A stretch of 12,148 nt of DNA from Pseudomonadota bacterium. GTDB lineage: Bacteria > Bdellovibrionota_B > Oligoflexia > Oligoflexales > RGVZ01. Location: NCBI GenBank assembly GCA_041178085.1, contig JBEGVZ010000092.1:1-12148 (forward strand). The letters are read 5' to 3'. The notes under the pieces were generated by a model that worked only from the letters and a program-made list of their open reading frames with translations, made no database searches and had not been told where the DNA came from. Position 1 is the stretch's first letter. Every line of letters starts with the position of its first letter. Shown piece after piece: positions 6,160-12,148 of this stretch. Made by a program: the position numbers and the translations under genes.

Positions 6160-8785
6160 GCAACACCTCCCAAGCCTTGCCGGGGCGCATGGTCCACCAT
6201 GACATGATCACCCCCGCAAGCCACAAAGCCGCCGCGTAGGCGACCGCAAAAAGTACGGCCGTCGCCAGGTCGGAAATTCCTGGCATGGCGATGGACCAGC
6301 CAAAGGCCTGGCGGTTGATGACGACAACAAGAAGCCATGCCATGATGCCGCCGCAAACAAGCCCCAGGGCAAGCCCGGCCAGGACGCTGATCAGCACATC
6401 TGCGGCCAGAAGTTGTGTGAGGCGGGTCCACGACGATCCCAGGCGGCGCAGCGCAAGCCATTCCAGCCGGCGACCAGCGGAAGATTGGGCAATCTGCACG
6501 ATCAAGGCCACTCCGCCCAGGATTGCCGCAAGGATGGTCAAAAGACCCGTTACCTTGAAAGTCTGCTCGAAGGTGCCCGTGGCCATCTTTTTCAAGTCGT
6601 CACTTGACTGGATATTCAGACGAGAGGCGATTTCGGGAAGGCGGTTGCTGACCGCAGAAGCAAAAGCCGGTGCGTTGACTCCGGCGGTATAAACGCGCAG
6701 GCTGTGACATCCGTTGAGTCCCGTGCGGGTTTCGTAGGATTTTTTGCTCAGAAACAGATAGCCAAGTTCACTGCTGTAGTCCCGAACGACTCCAGCGATT
6801 CGCCCAGTGAAATTGTGGGTGCCTGCGGATTTTATCCCGCCAAGTTGAACTTGATCTCCGGTTTTCAATTTCAATTTTCTTGCGAGGGCTTCACTGGCCA
6901 GGAAAAGATCCTCTGAATTCATGAATTCACGCAGGATTTCATTATTGGGTACGGATGTTCTTGTGCCTGGCCAAGGGATGGTTTCCAGTGGTGTTGGATA
7001 GTCAGGGGGCAGGGCATCGTCGATGGCGGCAACGCGGACGGGAACACCTTTCAGGGAAGATTGATTACCTGGCGCACGGACGGTGCCTTCGTCGAGCAGG
7101 ACGCAGTCGGTGTCGACCTGCATCGTTTTGCGCAGAAGATTGTGACTGTCCCCGTCAAGGCGCGGCCGGAATTCTCCGTCCTGGGTGATTAGCGGGAGGG
7201 CGACAACCTCGGCCGTGAATGACTGTGCAAGCCAGGCCGTGAAGCTGTTTCGAAATCCGGCGACCATCAAAGAGATTCCAGTTACGAGCGCCAGTCCAGT
7301 CGCAAGTGTAGCCACGGCCGCTTCTGGACGGCGTCGTGCATGCAGGTTTCTGCGTGTGGAAATTGCAAGGGCTGGAAAACGATGAGCCCGCGCTTCGGGG
7401 ACAAAAATACGCAGCAAGCGTGTTGTGATGTAGCTGGCACCGCTTGCGGCGCTGAAGGCAAGGATCACGATGGCCATCGCAGCGAAATACCCGAACAGCG
7501 GGACTTGCAAGTTGCCTTGGCTGGTGACAGGTGGCACGGTCGGTGCGATCAGAAGGATCGCCACCGACAGGGCGATTCCAGCCAGGCGCATCCGCCATCC
7601 TTTTGCCACACGTCCTGCGTCTGCCTGACGCTCGCGCCCCTCGAATTCCCGGGCGGCCAGATCGCGAGGTTGGACGGCGACCAGGCTGCGCAGCATGGCA
7701 AAAGATGAGGCAAGATAGACGACCAGGCCTGCTCCGGTCGCACCCACGATCGGGATTAGCAGTGACCTCTGTCCATTTCCTGCATCCGGCGTGTAAAGGA
7801 CCCGGACGGTTTTCATTACCTGATGACTGATGGCTTGTTCCAAGAGCAGTCCACCCACAATGCCAGCGGCACAGCCGGCGACAGCGATCAGTATTTGCTC
7901 CGACAAGACAAGGCCCATGATGGTACGCCGGCTGGCACCGGTTTGGCGCAGGACGGCAACCACGGGCCTTCGCAGCATCATTTGCAGGGCGGCGGTATTG
8001 CGCAGGAGCAGGCCACTGACCAGCACCGACATCAGTCCAAGAATCGAAAGGTTCAAGCGGTAGCTGGCCGTCAGGTTCTTGCGCGCCTCGAATTCAGCAT
8101 CAGGATCGACGCGCAGGGCCTCGTCACCAAATCCGTCTTCTATCTGGTCAAGAATTTTCTCTGCAGCATCAAAGGAGATTTCTCTGTCGACAGACGCTTC
8201 GATCGAATCATGCCCGCCGAATGAGGAGCTGTCGTGATCGATCAGGACATGATGGTCCTGTGAACGCCCTCCCGTGAGGTCCGGGTCATTGAAGGTCGCC
8301 ACAGGGGCATGTCGGAAGTAGGACTTGAAAGGAACAAGGGCAGGGGAAATCATCGGTGAAATGACTTCGAAGGGGCTGCCTGCCACGGCAACGAGGGTTA
8401 CGGTCGGGAGGGCGTTTCGTTTTTTCGCGTCCTCGCGCCAGACGTCACGCGTCTGCCTTACGGTCAGACCCAGGCATCGCACACCACTCGGCATGAACGT
8501 CAAGCAATGGTCAAAGGCGGCTGTGGTGAGTTGTCCGCGGCGGGCGCGCCAAATACGACGTGTGCCGCCAGTTTCGCCAGACTGGGAAGTAGGGGAATTC
8601 CAAAGGCTTCGTTTGCTGCTGCCATCTGCTTCTTTCAAGCTGTCCAGGACGCGCAGGTTGGCAGACCCCATGGCCAGAAGCATTGCGGTTCCCGCGGCAA
8701 CTCCCAGAACGCTCGTTCCAGTAACGACGGGGGATCTTCGCCACGATCGTAAAAAAGCGGCAGTCAATAAACGGTAATGGCTCAA
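6152..8785 (-). CDS. ABC transporter permease, duplicated FtsX/MacB-type (AttF/AttG-fused architecture)
   Basis: Two halves, each with TM1, a large periplasmic domain and three further TMs. FtsX motifs RRPVVAVLRQTGAS and RRLEWLALRRLGSS; C-terminal VINRQAFGWSI as seen in AttG-type permeases. TTG start at 8783-8785 overlaps the ATPase TGA. Confidence 0.9.
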   Translation of the reverse strand: MSHYRLLTAAFLRSWRRSPVVTGTSVLGVAAGTAMLLAMGSANLRVLDSLKEADGSSKRSLWNSPTSQSGETGGTRRIWRARRGQLTTAAFDHCLTFMPSGVRCLGLTVRQTRDVWREDAKKRNALPTVTLVAVAGSPFEVISPMISPALVPFKSYFRHAPVATFNDPDLTGGRSQDHHVLIDHDSSSFGGHDSIEASVDREISFDAAEKILDQIEDGFGDEALRVDPDAEFEARKNLTASYRLNLSILGLMSVLVSGLLLRNTAALQMMLRRPVVAVLRQTGASRRTIMGLVLSEQILIAVAGCAAGIVGGLLLEQAISHQVMKTVRVLYTPDAGNGQRSLLIPIVGATGAGLVVYLASSFAMLRSLVAVQPRDLAAREFEGRERQADAGRVAKGWRMRLAGIALSVAILLIAPTVPPVTSQGNLQVPLFGYFAAMAIVILAFSAASGASYITTRLLRIFVPEARAHRFPALAISTRRNLHARRRPEAAVATLATGLALVTGISLMVAGFRNSFTAWLAQSFTAEVVALPLITQDGEFRPRLDGDSHNLLRKTMQVDTDCVLLDEGTVRAPGNQSSLKGVPVRVAAIDDALPPDYPTPLETIPWPGTRTSVPNNEILREFMNSEDLFLASEALARKLKLKTGDQVQLGGIKSAGTHNFTGRIAGVVRDYSSELGYLFLSKKSYETRTGLNGCHSLRVYTAGVNAPAFASAVSNRLPEIASRLNIQSSDDLKKMATGTFEQTFKVTGLLTILAAILGGVALIVQIAQSSAGRRLEWLALRRLGSSWTRLTQLLAADVLISVLAGLALGLVCGGIMAWLLVVVINRQAFGWSIAMPGISDLATAVLFAVAYAAALWLAGVIMSWWTMRPGKAWEVLRE

Positions 8786-9432
8786 GTGGTCACCATCCGG
8801 CCGTCAAGCAAGGTTAATTTCTTTGCAAAGCGTGCCGCGACATCTGGGCTGTGGGTGGCGACGATCAGTGTGGCTCCCAGTTCCTGGGCGGTTTCCGTGA
8901 TTAAATCCATGACCAGGTTGCCGGTCCTTGAATCCAGGCTGCCGGTGGGCTCATCGGCCAGGATCAAACTTGGTCGCAGGGCAACGGCGCGTGCGACGGC
9001 GACCCGCTGTTGTTCACCCCCGCTAAGGTCGCCTGTCAGGTGATGGGCGCGTTCCGAAAGACCAAGCCTTCCGAGGAGCTCCCTGGCCCTGACCTCGCCG
9101 CCGGCGACTCCCGCCAGCCAAAAGGGGACAAGGACATTTTCCAGCGCGGTCAGGTCGCTCACGAGGTCAAAGAACTGATGCACAAATCCTGTGCTGCGCA
9201 GGCGCACTGCCGACAAAGCCGAATCGTCCAGGCCAGCGGTTGCCACGCCATTGATTTCAAGGATGCCGCTGCTGGGTGTGTCAAGGCAGCCAAGGAGTGC
9301 CAGGAGCGTGCTCTTGCCAGATCCGCTGCGGCCGGTGAGGGCGTAATGCGCCCCCGGGGTCAGTTCCAGGCTGACCGGGCCGAGTGCGTGTGTGCGTCCG
9401 TAGGTCTTGATGAGATCCTTTGCCACGATCAT
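8782..9432 (-). CDS. ABC transporter ATP-binding protein, LolD/MacB-like (AttE-type)
   Basis: Walker A GRSGSGKS, Q-loop GFVHQ, signature LSGGEQQR, Walker B/D-loop ILADEPTGSLD, H-loop ATH. Confidence 0.96.
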   Translation of the reverse strand: MIVAKDLIKTYGRTHALGPVSLELTPGAHYALTGRSGSGKSTLLALLGCLDTPSSGILEINGVATAGLDDSALSAVRLRSTGFVHQFFDLVSDLTALENVLVPFWLAGVAGGEVRARELLGRLGLSERAHHLTGDLSGGEQQRVAVARAVALRPSLILADEPTGSLDSRTGNLVMDLITETAQELGATLIVATHSPDVAARFAKKLTLLDGRMVTT

Positions 9433-9437
9433 TGCAG

Positions 9438-9445
9438 CCTCCTCC
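9438..9445 (-). promoter_or_regulatory. Strong Shine-Dalgarno sequence for the ABC ATPase
   Basis: Minus strand reads GGAGGAGG-CTGCA-ATG. Confidence 0.85.
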
Positions 9446-9482
9446 GGGTACCTCCGCGGGCGTCAGTTGCTGCGGTTTGGGG

Positions 9483-9561
9483 TGGGCCCAGTTTACACGC
9501 CAATCAGGGTTCAGTCAGTAAACTAACCCATGTCCTGGCCGCACGCGCACAGGCGCATTGC
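9483..9561 (-). other. Two predicted RNA hairpins in the intergenic leader of the ABC operon
   Basis: Minus-strand RNA UGGGUUAGUUUAC (9530-9518) pairs with GUAAACUGGGCCCA (9496-9483): 13 bp, one bulge, two G-U pairs. A second hairpin GCAAUGCGC-CUGU-GCGCGUGC lies at 9561-9541. No U-tract follows. Confidence 0.4.
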
Positions 9562-9653
9562 GAGGCATGGAATGGAGTCCAGTCGATTTTTTGTGCCGGA
9601 TTTGCCCATTGATTGTGAAGCGCAACCAAGTGCGGCAGTTTGCTTGATGCCCG

Positions 9654-10763
9654 CTATAATTTGACGATGTGACCAGGGAAGTTGAGTTTCTCTTTCTCAA
9701 CGATATTTGCGAACCAGGATCTTATCGAGGCAGAATTCAGATCGACGTAAATCGAGGATTTTGCGACAGAAAGACCTTGCTCTACCACACCGCCGCCGTG
9801 GGTCACGCCGGCGAGCTTCCAAGCGCCGTTCAGCTCAATGAACAAAGGTCCGCCAGAGTCACCTGCGCCGCTCACAACGTCGATGCCCTCAGGCGCCTCC
9901 TGAGATTCAGCGACCTTTCCGTAAAACTTGAAGATGCCTTTCCCTGCGTACGAAAGTTTGTTCGTTCCCGACCTTTTCGTGCCCAAGCCGGATTCCTTGT
10001 AAGGCCTGTCGCGAAAATTCCCACCACACGAATCAGCCAACAACGCACGCCAATCCTTTCCTTGCGCTTTTAACGAGGAATCCAGACCCGATTCTGTGCA
10101 CCGGGCGGGGCAGCCAGCATTATCCGGGCGGGGGACTGGATTTTCCAGTGGGTAACTAAACACCTCTTCGTAAACATGGCGTGCTACCCCCTTCAGTGTG
10201 CCCTTCCGGAGGACGCATTGACCGGATTCTTCTCCGTCTTTTGTGATCACTTCCGGCTCTGTCTCAACCGCTTCGCTTTTTCTGACGGATAATCGGCAGT
10301 ATTCCGTGAAGACTTCCAGGTCATTATGACCGAAGCCCGCTATCTTGACCGTGTCCGTGGCTTTGGGTGCTCTCGGGGAGAGTTCGGCAAAGGATTCGCC
10401 TTTGTAAGTTCCTGGTGGGAAACGCACCAGTGCAACGTCATTGGCAGGCTGACCTTTTTTCTTGCAAGTTTCCCCATTGCTGGGCCAGTCGGGATGAATA
10501 AAAATGTGCTCCCTTCCTACCTTGACGCCCTCCGTCGAAACAGTGCTTGCGTTGTCAACGCAGTGGGCTGCAGTCACAAGAAGTTCAGGGCTGACAAAGG
10601 AACCTGTGCAGCGTCCCTTTTCGTTTATTTCAAGTTCCACTACAAAAGGGAGGCCTTTCTCTTCCATCCCATTATGGATTTTAAGCAGGCTGGCACCATG
10701 GGTGCGCTTGATGCAGCTGCCAATGATGGCAACGGACAAAAAAACAGCGGCAAACCTTAACAT
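9654..10763 (-). CDS. Chymotrypsin-fold (MEROPS S1) serine protease, predicted lipoprotein, 369 aa
   Basis: Intact triad motifs LVTAAHC (His), NDVALV (Asp) and GDSGGP (Ser); CTGSFV and IAGFG also present. ATG at 10763 has AAGGAA at 10771-10776 and gives signal MLRFAAVFLSVAIIGS-C with lipobox IGSC. Confidence 0.92.
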   Translation of the reverse strand: MLRFAAVFLSVAIIGSCIKRTHGASLLKIHNGMEEKGLPFVVELEINEKGRCTGSFVSPELLVTAAHCVDNASTVSTEGVKVGREHIFIHPDWPSNGETCKKKGQPANDVALVRFPPGTYKGESFAELSPRAPKATDTVKIAGFGHNDLEVFTEYCRLSVRKSEAVETEPEVITKDGEESGQCVLRKGTLKGVARHVYEEVFSYPLENPVPRPDNAGCPARCTESGLDSSLKAQGKDWRALLADSCGGNFRDRPYKESGLGTKRSGTNKLSYAGKGIFKFYGKVAESQEAPEGIDVVSGAGDSGGPLFIELNGAWKLAGVTHGGGVVEQGLSVAKSSIYVDLNSASIRSWFANIVEKEKLNFPGHIVKL

Positions 10764-10851
10764 GGACAATTTCCTTATTCGATCGGCTGCACTTAAGCTG
10801 CGGTTGATCACACAGTTTGCATTGGATAACTGTATTGTTGGAACCGGCAGG

Positions 10852-11880
10852 CTATTCCCACGGGAATTCAAAGACCAGGTCGGCAGCTGGCGTAAACTCC
10901 TGCTGTTTCAGATCTGCCTCAGACCAATCGCCGTAGGTAATATTGGCATTGCACAGATTATAATACGCCGAAGCTTCGATGCGGCCATTTGCCGAGTTTG
11001 TCGGCGCTCCATTGGCGAGTCCGCCCAATTGCCAGCCAAGCCCCCCGGATGCGGGAGCACCTCGACCCCTATTTGTGCAAAAATTATCCCGGAGGAACGT
11101 GCGCCGGAAAGTGATGTTGAATCCCGGATAAGTCGAAAAACCGGCATTCATTGTGCCAAAGGCCGTCACATTCTCGACCAGCCCCCCCGAATCTGTGCCC
11201 TGACGCTGTTCAAATTGAATGCCTGCTCCATATGGGGCGTCGTTGCCTTTGATGCTGCCGTTACGAATGACACAATCACTGGTGTGATAGACACTGATGT
11301 TGTCTTCGACCCAGCTCTTGCCAGGTTCGTTTTCTATTAAAAAACCATCGACGATGCAGTTGTTCGATTGATTGAATTGGATGCCTTGCCCTTTCCAGAA
11401 CGGACCGCGAAAATTGCGCAAAACAAGATTCGTTAGTTTTGCATCCGGGCTGTTGTAGAGATAAATACCTGCTGATCCGTCGCTGGCTTGGACATGGTCC
11501 ATGACAACGCCGGTGGACTCCATGCCATCGATGTTGCCATTTGCTATGTCTGGAAGTTTTGCCTGACCAGAGAAACCTGAGTGTTTGATTTCGATCCATT
11601 CTAGGCGCAGGCCATCCGCATTGTTGAATTTGATGCCATACCCGGACTCGTGTTCTATCTGGCAATTCCGGATGGTTACATTTTTGAAGCCATCGACTTC
11701 AATTGCGGGGCCCTGGCTTGCGACAATGCGCAGCCCTTCAACGATCTGGCCGTCTTCAATGATTTTAATCGGCCCGGAATCTTTCAGTATCATGCGTTGC
11801 TTTCGCGGCGACGAATCGTCTGAAAATTTTCCGCAAGCAGAGAAAAGCATCACAATGAGGCATGGCAGGGGGAGGAACAT
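10852..11880 (-). CDS. Right-handed parallel beta-helix (pectin-lyase-like fold) protein, probable lipoprotein
   Basis: Repeated coils: IEVDGFKNVTIRNCQI, GIKFNNADGLRLE, GIYLYNSPDAKLTNL, IQFNQSNNCIVDG, ISVYHTSDCVIRNG, GFNITFRR. Hydrophobic stretch ends in LFSA-C-G. Start uncertain (ATG 11880 versus 11982); neither has a clear SD. Confidence 0.8.
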   Translation of the reverse strand: MFLPLPCLIVMLFSACGKFSDDSSPRKQRMILKDSGPIKIIEDGQIVEGLRIVASQGPAIEVDGFKNVTIRNCQIEHESGYGIKFNNADGLRLEWIEIKHSGFSGQAKLPDIANGNIDGMESTGVVMDHVQASDGSAGIYLYNSPDAKLTNLVLRNFRGPFWKGQGIQFNQSNNCIVDGFLIENEPGKSWVEDNISVYHTSDCVIRNGSIKGNDAPYGAGIQFEQRQGTDSGGLVENVTAFGTMNAGFSTYPGFNITFRRTFLRDNFCTNRGRGAPASGGLGWQLGGLANGAPTNSANGRIEASAYYNLCNANITYGDWSEADLKQQEFTPAADLVFEFPWE

Positions 11881-12148
11881 CAAACCGGCTTTGCCAGGCG
11901 CAGTCGGATGGACAAAACGCCATTTATGGCGAGGGTTCGAATTATGGCTGCAAAGACCGGACAAGGTTAAATTCACCGTCATATGCTGGTTTAAAGAGTT
12001 TGGACCTTCCCGATCATAGCATCAGTCACTGAAGAAATGGTGCGAGTTCATGGGAGGTGTGTCGAAAGAAAGTTCCGCGCTATCTCTGAGGCCTACTGAC
12101 GGGCCATTCTGCTGTACATGCCGCAGGCTTGATCGAGGGTCATCCAGA

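Noticed and set aside
6152..9432. lolCDE or macB assignment
   Set aside because: The permease is a duplicated ~880-aa form with an AttG-like C-terminus and an AttH-like partner; no MacA or TolC gene is in the window.
9575..9615. Sigma-54 promoter or c-di-GMP-I riboswitch (minus strand GGGCAAATCCGGCACAAAAAATCG)
   Set aside because: There is no GC 10 nt after the GG for a -24/-12 site, and the GAAA tetraloop and GACGCAAA elements of the riboswitch are absent.
9655..9660. Perfect TATAAT on the plus strand
   Set aside because: It arises from the protease's last codons and stop, has no convincing -35, and points antisense into the gene.
10764..10871. 36-aa N-terminal extension of the protease in the ORF track
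   Set aside because: It overlaps the upstream gene and precedes a good SD + ATG (10763) that yields a clean lipoprotein signal.
10504..11340. Long antisense/alternate-frame ORFs (10504-11340 +, 3101-3808 -, 9010-9612 + and similar)
   Set aside because: They lie opposite well-supported genes and have no recognisable motifs; shadow ORFs are expected at this GC content.
12022..12148. 3' end of an upstream minus-strand gene
   Set aside because: Two frames are open to the edge (WMTLDQACGMYSRMARQ*, stop 12093-12095; and a 41-codon frame, stop 12022-12024); too short to choose between them or identify.

Overview
Bacterial, gene-dense window with two convergent blocks; the lipoprotein and protease style suggests a diderm, possibly Bdellovibrionota/Oligoflexia-like (inference only). 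Plus strand: the 3' part of a large surface protein (at least 5 fibronectin type III repeats, then a ~515-aa probable beta-propeller tip), a probable terminator, a small His-rich SEC-C protein and glucokinase. Minus strand, in transcription order: a right-handed beta-helix lipoprotein, an S1 serine-protease lipoprotein with a large Cys-rich insertion, a structured 221-bp intergenic leader, an AttEFGH-type module (LolD/MacB-like ATPase, double-FtsX permease, AttH/CrtC-like lipocalin-fold protein) and a divergent SCO/thioredoxin-like membrane protein. I found no RNA genes, mobile elements or CRISPR arrays. The best candidates for novelty are the Att-type operon extended by a non-canonical SCO-like gene (with a CxxC in the AttH-like protein), the insertion-bearing protease and the modular FN3 protein. 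Family calls are from motif recognition by eye; no searches were run.
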